Below, one piece after another: positions 9,143-17,659 of a stretch of DNA of 64,000 nt. Origin of the DNA: an uncultured virus (IMG/VR IMGVR_UViG_3300042869_000273) (Duplodnaviria > Heunggongvirae > Uroviricota > Caudoviricetes). Position 1 is the stretch's first letter. Each line of letters opens with the position of its first letter. The notes beneath the pieces were generated by a model that searched no databases, was not told the origin of the DNA, and was given only the letters and a program-made list of their open reading frames with translations. The stretch is from IMG/VR virus record IMGVR_UViG_3300042869_000273. One strand, given 5' to 3'. The position numbers were made by a program, and so were the translations under genes.

Positions 9143-11020
9143 TTAATGTACATCATACCAGTTATTACCGATTTTGGACTCACCATCCATAATATCAACA
9201 CCAAATAACTTTGGACCATCTTGGAAAGCCTTTTTAGCAATCGCAGAAGCTCGTTCAGCATACTCGATAGGGACTTCAAATTCAATCTCGTCATGATAAA
9301 ATATCAATGGATTGAATGGTATGTTCTCCTCTTGGAGTCTAACATAAGTAAGAGCAGTAGCTGCTTTACATGTAATAGCTTCACAACTCTGTAACAGATA
9401 ATTGAGAGACTTATGAGCAGATTCACAAGGAATCTTTCTACCATCAAGTGCAGGAATCCAAGGACTGCCACGTAATTCTGTTTGGTTATAAACAGCATTA
9501 ATACGCTTAATCAATGAATCTAGTCCTGGAATACGTTTTGCAAACTCAGCTTTAATCTTATTACCAAGTTTAGCATTACGAACACCAGTTAAAATTAAAG
9601 AAACCTTCTCACCACCAGCACCAAACAAATAAGCATAAATGAATGGCTTTGCTAATTTACGAGATACAGTAGGGTCTTTAATAATCTTAGGAAACTTAGA
9701 TTGTTCCTCTGTCATTACAGCTGTTAGTACATCTGCATTCTTTTGATGCACATCTCCATTTAAAACTTCATTAGTATATTCATCATTCTTTAGATAATGA
9801 CATAAAGCTCTAAATTGATTACCAGAAGAGTCAGCGCCAATAATTGCATACCCAGGAGTAGCCATAAATAATTTACGAATATCTGGACCCCATTCGGAAT
9901 CAGCACCTGGAACATTGACAATACCACTATGTCTAGCACGACCAGTTGGAGTAGAGATAGTAAAACAACTACCATGTAATCTGTTATTCTCATCTAAAGA
10001 CTCCAACCATCCAGACAAAATAGAATGCCTAGACCTAGTAGTGTAATATTTATCAATTAGCATTCCTACTTCGCCTAACTTTTCTAGTGAACTAGTAGTT
10101 AGCTTTTCAGATACTTTAATAAATTCATTACCTTGTTTTTTCCAATTCCAGTCGTCAGGCTCCCAACCAATTTTGTGTAAATATAATTTAACTGAATCAA
10201 TATTACCTAAATCAGGTTGTACATATTCAAATCGTTGATATGGACCCTCTACCATACGATCATCCCTGCCATTAGAAGGATCAATATTAAAATATCTAGC
10301 AGTAACGGCATCATAATTACCGTTCTTAATCCACTTTGGTATTTTAGGTTGTTTATCCAAGACTTTAGTTTCTGTACTAAGTCGTGGCTCAATAATGGAT
10401 TGAACTTCTTCCATTTGAGCTTCCATCGCAGCCAATAGTTTTGTTGCAGCATCTTTGTCAAATTGCCATCCTATATATTCTGCATCAGCACAAAATTGTG
10501 CAGTAAGGTGCTCATTTTTAATAGAAGTTTTAAGATATGGCTTTTTCTCAGTCATACCTTTTAATTCTTTAATAAGACCTCTATAGACCTTAACGTTGAT
10601 TTTTACGTCTTCTCTACACCGATGTAGCATGTCGGTTGAGTACTGACTCCAGTCCTCATGCTCGACCTTACTATGACCAAGGTATTCACCCCATACAGCT
10701 AGAGAATGCTTTCCATTAAATCGATCATAATTAATGACTTGCGATAGTAACATCGTATCATATAATTTAGTTTCTTTATTTGGAATCCAATTGTATAGTT
10801 TTCGGAGAACAAGTAAATCATAGCCAATAATATTGTGGCCAATTAAACTTGTTGCTTTCGATAGGTGTTGTAAGCCTTGCTCTAAGCTTGGATATTGTGG
10901 ATCATAGTCGGTAAAGATTAACTCTTCACCAGTACTAGTATCATTTGTCACAATCATCCAAACTTTACTTACAGTGTCTAGTAGACCATCACTTTCGATG
11001 TCAAATACTAGATTGCTCAT
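9143..11020 (-). CDS. family A DNA polymerase with 3'-5' exonuclease
   Basis: FDIESD, GHNIIGYD; motif A GADSSG, motif B RKLAKPFIYAYLFG, motif C YHDE. Confidence 0.95.
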   Translation of the reverse strand: MSNLVFDIESDGLLDTVSKVWMIVTNDTSTGEELIFTDYDPQYPSLEQGLQHLSKATSLIGHNIIGYDLLVLRKLYNWIPNKETKLYDTMLLSQVINYDRFNGKHSLAVWGEYLGHSKVEHEDWSQYSTDMLHRCREDVKINVKVYRGLIKELKGMTEKKPYLKTSIKNEHLTAQFCADAEYIGWQFDKDAATKLLAAMEAQMEEVQSIIEPRLSTETKVLDKQPKIPKWIKNGNYDAVTARYFNIDPSNGRDDRMVEGPYQRFEYVQPDLGNIDSVKLYLHKIGWEPDDWNWKKQGNEFIKVSEKLTTSSLEKLGEVGMLIDKYYTTRSRHSILSGWLESLDENNRLHGSCFTISTPTGRARHSGIVNVPGADSEWGPDIRKLFMATPGYAIIGADSSGNQFRALCHYLKNDEYTNEVLNGDVHQKNADVLTAVMTEEQSKFPKIIKDPTVSRKLAKPFIYAYLFGAGGEKVSLILTGVRNAKLGNKIKAEFAKRIPGLDSLIKRINAVYNQTELRGSPWIPALDGRKIPCESAHKSLNYLLQSCEAITCKAATALTYVRLQEENIPFNPLIFYHDEIEFEVPIEYAERASAIAKKAFQDGPKLFGVDIMDGESKIGNNWYDVH

Positions 11021-11618
11021 TTAATAATTTTTCTATATCTTTAATTCGGATTGGTTGATTATTGTTCTTAGTGTAAGCAAGTAGGAATTTTAAATACCAT
11101 AATGCTTTACCTAATTCTTGTTCTTCAGCATCTTTACCGCCAAGGCGATCTAGATACTTTCGTACTTGTAGTTCAACTGCTGCCTTAAAGCAATCAGGAT
11201 TCCTAAAGCTTGGTAGATACTGCATAGTCTCTAACCATTGTAAATCCATTATATAACTCTGATAGTGGCTAGGATTAATAGCACTCTGGTAGTTAGGATT
11301 AAGAATAGTGTTCTCTACTGTTGGTGGATTTTCTTTTAAATATTTCATAAGTTGATCTACTTCCCATTCGTCATCACCATCTTCAATTGCCCACTCATTT
11401 AACAAATTACGATAGTCATTTATCGAGCCAATATGATTTAATTCCTTAGAACGATTCTTTACACTAGTAGGCCAAACGCATTTAATAGTAAAGAAATCCA
11501 TATTGTCTTTCCATGCAGTAACAGCATGTTCAAAGTCATTATAGGTTGCTACTACACCACGGTTTTTACCATATGAATATATTTCATAAATCGGTACGTA
11601 CATCAACTTTATCCTCAT
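11001..11618 (-). CDS. DUF3310 / T7 gp1.7-like protein with N-terminal extension
   Basis: C-terminal INPSHY...KYLDRLGGKD...ELGKALWYL. Confidence 0.7.
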   Translation of the reverse strand: MRIKLMYVPIYEIYSYGKNRGVVATYNDFEHAVTAWKDNMDFFTIKCVWPTSVKNRSKELNHIGSINDYRNLLNEWAIEDGDDEWEVDQLMKYLKENPPTVENTILNPNYQSAINPSHYQSYIMDLQWLETMQYLPSFRNPDCFKAAVELQVRKYLDRLGGKDAEEQELGKALWYLKFLLAYTKNNNQPIRIKDIEKLLNEQSSI

Positions 11619-11772
11619 CTACTTTATATAAATTACCTTCAGCAATAGCATCTTTTAGCATTCTTATAAATGCATAATTCAGAAGATATTCTCTTGCTTC
11701 GTTATCTAAATCTAGTACTACATTTGCACTACCATCTTCATTTTCTGAGATAGTATTAAGAGTAAATTTCAT
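11584..11772 (-). CDS. hypothetical protein
   Basis: ORF track. Confidence 0.6.
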   Translation of the reverse strand: MKFTLNTISENEDGSANVVLDLDNEAREYLLNYAFIRMLKDAIAEGNLYKVDEDKVDVRTDL

Positions 11773-12035
11773 TAGTATACATCTCCATTTTCTTGAATCT
11801 TTTTATCTTCATACGGTGCAGCTACTCTACGATAGAATTCTATCTTGGCACCCTCTAAAGCACCTACAATATCGTTAATTGCTTGATAATTACCTTTATC
11901 TGTACGATTAAAATAATCTCGTACAATAGAAGTAATAACAAAGTTTAACTCACCAGGGCTAGTGCATAAATCACCAACCTCAGCTACACTTTTTGTATGT
12001 AAGAACTGTTTAAAGTCTTGTCGAATATAAGGCAT
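11772..12035 (-). CDS. conserved phage hypothetical protein (MPYI...PGELNF...EFYRR...NGDVY type)
   Basis: Motif pattern recognised from other phage proteins; start and stop abut neighbours. Confidence 0.7.
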   Translation of the reverse strand: MPYIRQDFKQFLHTKSVAEVGDLCTSPGELNFVITSIVRDYFNRTDKGNYQAINDIVGALEGAKIEFYRRVAAPYEDKKIQENGDVY

Positions 12036-12448
12036 TAATCTAAATACTCCGTAATAATAGTGTCACAAGCTTTGTCTACTGTAGATCTCCACTCTGTGAC
12101 TAGAGACTCAAAGAAAGGGTGGATAGTAGAAGCATTAGCTTTAAATGCAACTACTGGTTTTCGTAATACATAAGAAGCATAAAAGACTTCCATTGCAGTA
12201 CCGTGTTTAGCAATTGTAGGGTTATCTAAATTAACAAGGATTAAATCTGATTCTTGAATATCACGAAGATCTAACTCAAATATACGTTTCATATATTTAG
12301 GTTGGAATTCATGAACTCTACGAGTAGGGTCTAATACCTTCTGATCTGCTTGTAATAGTAAATCAGTAGCAATTGTTCTCCATCCTTTTGCATCTTCAAT
12401 AGAAACATGTTCCATTGGACCTGCTAAATATACTGTTCTTTGTTTCAT
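12035..12448 (-). CDS. nucleoside 2-deoxyribosyltransferase-like protein
   Basis: VYLAGPM, DL.DI..SD, GTAME, KPVV. Confidence 0.8.
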   Translation of the reverse strand: MKQRTVYLAGPMEHVSIEDAKGWRTIATDLLLQADQKVLDPTRRVHEFQPKYMKRIFELDLRDIQESDLILVNLDNPTIAKHGTAMEVFYASYVLRKPVVAFKANASTIHPFFESLVTEWRSTVDKACDTIITEYLD

Positions 12449-12747
12449 AAAATTTCTTCTAAAATACGCATGTAATTAGCGGTATACCATAAACCGCCTT
12501 GATTATGTGGTCTTTGATGTCTATTGTAGTCTTGAATCTCTACCCTGCACCATACTCGCTCTTTGTAACTCAAGTGAGGCGCATTAGGAGTAGAACAGCA
12601 ATGCCACCCAGGGCGATAAGCGTAGCCAACAGTAGGATGCGATTCTGCTCCATATAGAACACCTTTTTGTATTTTCTGTTTACGATTAATAAATAATGGA
12701 CCATAAGTTCCATCTTTACGTTTCTTAAATAGTTTGTATGCAATCAT
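12445..12747 (-). CDS. hypothetical phage protein
   Basis: ORF track; RPGWHCC...APHL. Confidence 0.65.
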   Translation of the reverse strand: MIAYKLFKKRKDGTYGPLFINRKQKIQKGVLYGAESHPTVGYAYRPGWHCCSTPNAPHLSYKERVWCRVEIQDYNRHQRPHNQGGLWYTANYMRILEEIL

Positions 12748-13022
12748 TATGACTTAAAATTTAACCAATCTGGTTCCATAGTTACAAGATGTTGAATTAA
12801 TCCAATGTTTTCTACATCAACTAAATCTGCAATCTCTCTAATAAATTCTCGTTCTCCCATTAATGATTCAATTGTGCAAACAGTATAATCCTCATTATAT
12901 GAAAAATCATCTCCAAGTTTACACAAAAGTAACATTTCAAATTCACTAATAGAATCAGTGAATGTTATGGTGTATTCAGAAGTAACCAAGAACTGCTCCA
13001 ATGAAAGGTACAAATACTCCAA
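12747..13022 (-). CDS. acidic hypothetical protein (true start probably later, near a TTG at ~12989)
   Basis: ORF track; 5' part overlaps the 12976..13155 ORF. Confidence 0.5.
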   Translation of the reverse strand: MEYLYLSLEQFLVTSEYTITFTDSISEFEMLLLCKLGDDFSYNEDYTVCTIESLMGEREFIREIADLVDVENIGLIQHLVTMEPDWLNFKS

Positions 13023-13155
13023 TTATACGACCGATAATCCAACCAACTTGGGTATCAGCATTCATAGCCAGAATAGCTATAAAGTTTGCTATCCATCCAT
13101 AGATAGATGCAACTAAAATAGTTAAGCCAACTAAACCAGCAATAAAATTATTCAT
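12976..13155 (-). CDS. small 2-TM membrane protein, 59 aa (not in ORF track)
   Basis: Manual translation MNNFIAGLVG...GWIANF...GRIIGVFVPFIGAVLGYF; ATGA-coupled to upstream ORF. Confidence 0.65.
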   Translation of the reverse strand: MNNFIAGLVGLTILVASIYGWIANFIAILAMNADTQVGWIIGRIIGVFVPFIGAVLGYF

Positions 13156-13289
13156 TTACCTTGTCCTCGATAGCGTTTGAATGATCGACGTTGTGTCTTG
13201 GTCATTGTTGATGTTTTAGGTCGTGAACCACCTTGTGAAGTTCGTTTAACAATGCCCTTAACTGTTTCTTTTCCAATTTTTTTAGCCAT
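13152..13289 (-). CDS. small basic protein, 45 aa, ending KRYRGQGK (not in ORF track)
   Basis: Manual translation MAKKIGKETVKGIVKRTSQGGSRPKTSTMTKTQRRSFKRYRGQGK. Confidence 0.7.
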   Translation of the reverse strand: MAKKIGKETVKGIVKRTSQGGSRPKTSTMTKTQRRSFKRYRGQGK

Positions 13290-13492
13290 TATAAAATCTC
13301 TTTTACAAATACATTAATTACTTTGTCATATAAATCATGAATTATAAAATCCACAATTACAGGATCACCTAGTTGAACCAATATTACTTTATCACCTTCT
13401 TTAAATAAATAGGGTACATCGTGTGTGCAAATAAACTTATCAGCATTTAAACTCCCATCTGCTGCTGCTACCCAAAAACTTGTTTTAAACAT
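13289..13492 (-). CDS. hypothetical protein
   Basis: ORF track; AAGGA RBS. Confidence 0.6.
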   Translation of the reverse strand: MFKTSFWVAAADGSLNADKFICTHDVPYLFKEGDKVILVQLGDPVIVDFIIHDLYDKVINVFVKEIL

Positions 13493-13513
13493 TTTATCCT
13501 TTTAATTTTAAAG

Positions 13514-13588
13514 TGGTCCCTCTTGTAGGAATCGAACCTACATTAATAACTTAGAAGGTTACTGTTCTATCCATTGAACTAAAGAGAG
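13514..13588 (-). tRNA. tRNA-Arg (anticodon UCU)
   Basis: CTCTCTT/AAGAGGG acceptor stem, anticodon arm GTAAC-CTTCTAA-GTTAT, GGTTCGATTCC T-arm, encoded CCA. Confidence 0.93.
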
Positions 13589-13590
13589 TG

Positions 13591-13665
13591 TGGTGGGATA
13601 AGTAGGAATTGAACCTACACTCAATCGATTATGAGTCGACTGCTTTACCATTAAGCTATTATCCC
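13591..13665 (-). tRNA. tRNA with CAU anticodon, most likely Ile2 (lysidine-modified, reads AUA); Met not excluded
   Basis: GGGATAA/TTATCCC acceptor stem, GTCGA-CTCATAA-TCGAT anticodon arm resembling enterobacterial Ile2 (GACTCATAATCG), encoded CCA. Confidence 0.88.
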
Positions 13666-13667
13666 TG

Positions 13668-13694
13668 ATAAAATAGGAGACCTAAGTCCCCTAG
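13668..13694 (-). terminator. hairpin plus short U-tract downstream of SSB
   Basis: Minus strand TAGGGGAC-TTAG-GTCTCCTA-TTTT. Confidence 0.55.
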
Positions 13695-13701
13695 TTGTTA
13701 A

Positions 13702-14202
13702 TTAATAAGGACTATCTTCAAAGTCATCACTACCATTTGCATCTGCTACCCTTACAATCTCTGTTTCAGTAAGTTCAAAGTCATCACCAGAAGATCTAGG
13801 GATATATTCTTTCAACTTAGTAATCTGCACAGCCATTAGCATAGATGCAATCTTATTCTCTGGTGGATACTCATACTGAAAAATCTTTACATTAGCAATA
13901 GAGCCATTACCAATACTAGCAGGATCAATTGCAGTCAAAGAACCATCAACTACAGTTACTGGTTGATTGTCAGCACCATCTTTCTTTTTAGACTTTTTAC
14001 GAAGAGTTACAGAATAAAATACTCCATCATCATCTTCTACTGTTTTGGGCTTTAAGTTGAGTGCTACCCATTCTGCTTTAACTTTCTTGTCTCGAGTGCG
14101 AATCTGAACATCCCATGTAGGTTGTTCTTTGTTAAATTTAGAATTAGGTCTCTTGGGGTCTAATTGTGCCCAGAATAACTCAACATTTTTTAAAATAGCC
14201 AT
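13702..14202 (-). CDS. single-stranded DNA-binding protein (T7 gp2.5-like)
   Basis: IGNGS.ANV, VQITKLKEY, acidic tail ending in an aromatic residue. Confidence 0.75.
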   Translation of the reverse strand: MAILKNVELFWAQLDPKRPNSKFNKEQPTWDVQIRTRDKKVKAEWVALNLKPKTVEDDDGVFYSVTLRKKSKKKDGADNQPVTVVDGSLTAIDPASIGNGSIANVKIFQYEYPPENKIASMLMAVQITKLKEYIPRSSGDDFELTETEIVRVADANGSDDFEDSPY

Positions 14203-14273
14203 AGGTTTTAGTTTCCTTAATTATAATTTCATTTTTAATATTTAGTATACAATTGATTTTGCATACGTTAGTG

Positions 14274-14293
14274 CTTTAGCGTACCCTGGTAAA
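14274..14293 (-). promoter_or_regulatory. repeated element, copy 1; putative phage-RNAP promoter TTTACCAGGGTACGCTAAAG
   Basis: 19/20 identical to the copies at 31528 and 52400; directly after the RNAP stop codon. Confidence 0.6.
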
Positions 14294-14294
14294 C

Positions 14295-16475
14295 TTAACA
14301 AAAAGCATAATCAGAATACACAATTTGACCGACATCTAGATTACCCCTTTCAGGGATAAGGTCTTTACAGTCAAGTTCAGCAAGCAATTTTTCAAGAGGT
14401 TTAGCCTTGTAAAATTCTACAAACTGTTCTCTTACTCTATAAAACAAATCATCCATACGTCCTGGTAAAGTACCAAAAGAATCATGGACAACAGTCATCT
14501 CATAGGGTGCAGATACAACAGTCATTGTCAAGTGGGCAGCATCAAAGCTATGCACAATATTTGGTGCAGCACCTGTCTTTTGGGAATCTTTATTAATAGT
14601 TGCTTCCTCCCAAGTTTGAAGTTGAACTTTTAATTCTTCTTCACCATACTTCAACTTAGTACGTATAATAGATGGCTTACGATATGCCTGAACAACTGGA
14701 AAGTTAGTTACAGGTGTAGTCCATTTTAAGAACACATCTTTTTCATTAGATCTTTGTGCAAGATCCTGAAACATACGTAGCATAGTAGCTGGTCCTTTTA
14801 GCTTTTCATAACAAGTCTGAAATACTAAATCACCTAGCAATGCACCCCAAAGATGTTCTTTGTCACGAAGATATTCAGACATATCACGAGTGTCATCAAT
14901 AATTTGTTGACCCATGCCATATGCAGTACCACCGTAACCGAGTGTCATTACATTTCTTTTTACTACTTTACGTTGATCTTTAGGATTATCAATTTTAAGC
15001 CAGTAAACAGGAAATAATTTTTCTCGGATTGCTCTATTTTGATTACGCCATTCTTGGGCAGCAGCATAGGCTAATGCTTTTTGCTCTGTCTTTTCAGGTG
15101 CATCAAAATATGCTTTTTGTAGTTCTTTAGCTTTACTATAAACAGAATCAAACTGACCTCTTTCTTCAGGTGTTAATTTGTCTGCCATTTCTTGTAGGTG
15201 TTCCCATACATATCTTGCAATATACATGTAGACATCACCAGGAAGCTCTTGTGGAACTAAATTTACTAATGGGGCAATCTCTTCGTCTTGAGACATGGCT
15301 ACTAGATGTTGAACACCATTATTAGAACCATCAATATACACAGGTAGTGAACATTCATAATCTTCTAATTTATTTCCTAACATCAGCCATTCTTTAATTT
15401 TCTTAAGTTCATTACAAGCAGCTAAAAAAGAGAAGGGAGCATCAGTGCCAGTCCAACCTTGATTAATAGTTGGTTTTTCTGCATAGGATAAGAATAAATT
15501 AATATTCTCATCTACAAATTCTGCTCTCTGTTTTAGCGTAACTTTATCATTTCCAAAAGAATTAGAGGTATGTACTTTTAACCAGAATAAACCATTTTCA
15601 CCAAGAGGTGTAGCTTGATCTAACAAAAGTAAACCTTTTGCATTGTCACTAGATTGCTCATGTAAAAATGCAGTATTAACATATACACGACCACGAAAGT
15701 CAAAATTGTATACGTGATAGAAAGCATTATCTAAATGACTCATAGCTAATTGTTCAATAGCTTCTGCTTCAATCATTAATGATTTCTTTTTCTCTTCATC
15801 AATCTCAGAGTGTAATTTAAAAGGGCTATTGTCATTTTCCTTATGAAGAAAATATTGATATACTTTAAATACATCTTTATTAATCCTCCACCCAGTATCT
15901 TGTAGTTTATTTAAAATGTCATACAATGTTTGTTTATCATTTTTCTTAAACTGTTCTAATGCTGTGGAATGACCTTTCTTAATAATTGGTACTCCTAGAT
16001 TGTTATGGGGTGATTTCCAATATTCAGGTTTTTCTCTCATAGGAAAGATATCTACCTTAGTTTGATCAATTAAACCCCAAAGTTCTTTGATTGCCTTCCA
16101 ATCTTTAACTTGAAAGAAGTAAGCTTGATATTTGCTTTTCTTACCATTCTTGTAAGTATACTTTAGTTTAAAAGAAAGTACGCCACATTCAATATAAGCA
16201 ATGCAAACAAACCAACCTACTTGTGCATCAGAGATAGTATCATTGGGTAAGCTTAACACTTGCCTAACTCTACGACCAATAGTTGCAATAATGTCAACTA
16301 ATGTACCTCTTCTTTCTAAACCTCGTAATACATGGGGATAAGATATATCAACTAATAATTTAGAATCAACATCTTTTAAGTAATGAGTATAAATATTTCG
16401 ATCAGCCCTTAATACAGACTGTCTAGCACTAAGATCAGCTACTAATTTTTCAAGAATAGTTGTCATAGTATTCAC
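14295..16475 (-). CDS. single-subunit T7-like DNA-dependent RNA polymerase
   Basis: DFRGRVY, motif A DGSNNGVQH, motif B RKVVKRNVMTLGYG, APNIVHSFDA, motif C VHDSF, C-terminal YAFC. Confidence 0.95.
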   Translation of the reverse strand: MNTMTTILEKLVADLSARQSVLRADRNIYTHYLKDVDSKLLVDISYPHVLRGLERRGTLVDIIATIGRRVRQVLSLPNDTISDAQVGWFVCIAYIECGVLSFKLKYTYKNGKKSKYQAYFFQVKDWKAIKELWGLIDQTKVDIFPMREKPEYWKSPHNNLGVPIIKKGHSTALEQFKKNDKQTLYDILNKLQDTGWRINKDVFKVYQYFLHKENDNSPFKLHSEIDEEKKKSLMIEAEAIEQLAMSHLDNAFYHVYNFDFRGRVYVNTAFLHEQSSDNAKGLLLLDQATPLGENGLFWLKVHTSNSFGNDKVTLKQRAEFVDENINLFLSYAEKPTINQGWTGTDAPFSFLAACNELKKIKEWLMLGNKLEDYECSLPVYIDGSNNGVQHLVAMSQDEEIAPLVNLVPQELPGDVYMYIARYVWEHLQEMADKLTPEERGQFDSVYSKAKELQKAYFDAPEKTEQKALAYAAAQEWRNQNRAIREKLFPVYWLKIDNPKDQRKVVKRNVMTLGYGGTAYGMGQQIIDDTRDMSEYLRDKEHLWGALLGDLVFQTCYEKLKGPATMLRMFQDLAQRSNEKDVFLKWTTPVTNFPVVQAYRKPSIIRTKLKYGEEELKVQLQTWEEATINKDSQKTGAAPNIVHSFDAAHLTMTVVSAPYEMTVVHDSFGTLPGRMDDLFYRVREQFVEFYKAKPLEKLLAELDCKDLIPERGNLDVGQIVYSDYAFC

Positions 16476-16570
16476 TCTTTTACTTCTACCTCTGCAGCCT
16501 CCATGTAATTAACAACCTTCCGTGCTAAGAAGATTAAACCAACAACCAAACAAGCTTTCCAAACGCTCAT
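16472..16570 (-). CDS. small 32-aa protein (not in ORF track)
   Basis: MSVWKACLVVGLIFLARKVVNYMEAAEVEVKE; AAGGA RBS; stop overlaps the RNAP start. Confidence 0.55.
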   Translation of the reverse strand: MSVWKACLVVGLIFLARKVVNYMEAAEVEVKE

Positions 16571-16608
16571 AAATATCCTTATTATTATTATTATTTTTGA
16601 TAAGAAAA

Positions 16609-16641
16609 GCCAGCTAGATTATACTCCCGCTGGCAGGGAGT
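16609..16641 (-). ncRNA. H-type RNA pseudoknot
   Basis: ACUCCC-U-GCCAGC-GGGAGU-AUAAUCUA-GCUGGC: two perfect 6-bp stems in AT-rich DNA. Confidence 0.7.
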
Positions 16642-16642
16642 G

Positions 16643-16873
16643 TTAAGATTTTTGCTTCTTAATAAAAAGGAAAATCCTAATTAATGCTAATAGCATAAAA
16701 GCACCACCAGCACATTCTTCAATGCTGTTGTTGTTTCCATCTAGTAACACTAATATCACAAAATACATAAACCATTCTACGCATAGAATTTGGAATGTAT
16801 TAAACTTCTTAGTTCTACCTGCTGTTCCTGATTGTGTTGACATGACCAATTCTCTTAAATCGTTGATTAACAT
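16643..16873 (-). CDS. hypothetical membrane protein
   Basis: Two hydrophobic segments; start uncertain. Confidence 0.5.
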   Translation of the reverse strand: MLINDLRELVMSTQSGTAGRTKKFNTFQILCVEWFMYFVILVLLDGNNNSIEECAGGAFMLLALIRIFLFIKKQKS

Positions 16874-17066
16874 TTGCTAAAGGGTTAACTTTCCAGAGAT
16901 CTAGTTCTGCACCCACTTGGTTAAAAAAATCTAAAGAATGTGGCTCATATTTAGCCTTAACATAATTATAAATTTCTTTACCTACATGGTAAACATAACC
17001 TTCTTCATCTGCAATTTTAACTGGTGAAGGATTAAATAAGCATTTATTGCACATTTTAAACTCCAA
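16815..17066 (-). CDS. hypothetical protein
   Basis: ORF track. Confidence 0.5.
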   Translation of the reverse strand: MEFKMCNKCLFNPSPVKIADEEGYVYHVGKEIYNYVKAKYEPHSLDFFNQVGAELDLWKVNPLANVNQRFKRIGHVNTIRNSR

Positions 17067-17316
17067 GTTTCTTATCTACAAAGACTAAGTCTTCAACTGC
17101 TTTAAAAATTCTACGAAAGTCTTCAGCAGACTCTGTAATAACAGAAGCTATAGTTTCCCCAGTCATATAAGCTGATTTAACATCATATAATGAAGGGGAT
17201 ACTATCGCTTGTAAAAAGTCATCATACACAATTACTTCAACAGAGTCAAAGGCATTGTATTGAATGGCTTCAATAGTGTAATCACCTGCTTTTAAAGTTA
17301 GTCTAGGCATAATCAA
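17056..17316 (-). CDS. hypothetical protein
   Basis: ORF track. Confidence 0.6.
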   Translation of the reverse strand: MIMPRLTLKAGDYTIEAIQYNAFDSVEVIVYDDFLQAIVSPSLYDVKSAYMTGETIASVITESAEDFRRIFKAVEDLVFVDKKLGV

Positions 17317-17558
17317 TCCTCAATTAGTTGATCATAAATTGAAGTAAACTCAATGATAGATCCATCAAGTTCAACTTCAGTACACATTCTTTCAATTAAC
17401 TCTTTAGATGTACTAGTAGCATAAACTGCTGGTATACCTTTAGTGTCATTTGAGAAGATATAAGTAAGACCAAATTCCTCTAATGATTCAATGATTTCTT
17501 GCGCTGTACATCCGAAGTTATCGCCATACAGTGGGTTTAACAAAAGAAATTTACTCAT
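17313..17558 (-). CDS. acidic hypothetical protein
   Basis: ORF track; GGAG RBS. Confidence 0.6.
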   Translation of the reverse strand: MSKFLLLNPLYGDNFGCTAQEIIESLEEFGLTYIFSNDTKGIPAVYATSTSKELIERMCTEVELDGSIIEFTSIYDQLIED

Positions 17559-17584
17559 TATAACTCCAAAATTAAAAGAACTTG

Positions 17585-17659
17585 GTACTTACCCCAAGAG
17601 GTCTCTCTGCTGAGAAAGTCTAGTACATACCCTAGAGGGTCTCTCTATCCGAGAAGGCT
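17585..17659 (-). repeat. two tandem imperfect 37-nt units, each folding into two hairpins
   Basis: Plus strand gtacttaccccaagaggtctctctgctgagaaagtct (17585-17621) and gtacataccctagagggtctctctatccgagaaggct (17623-17659). Confidence 0.75.

Noticed and set aside
16609..16646. Twister ribozyme (begins UAACACU) or stop-codon readthrough signal
   Set aside because: The rest of the twister core is absent; the pseudoknot is only 1 nt after UAA, too close for a typical readthrough spacer
17585..17659. Mini-CRISPR array or glycine riboswitch
   Set aside because: The units are adjacent with no spacer and no cas genes are present; the glycine aptamer GCCGAAG core is missing
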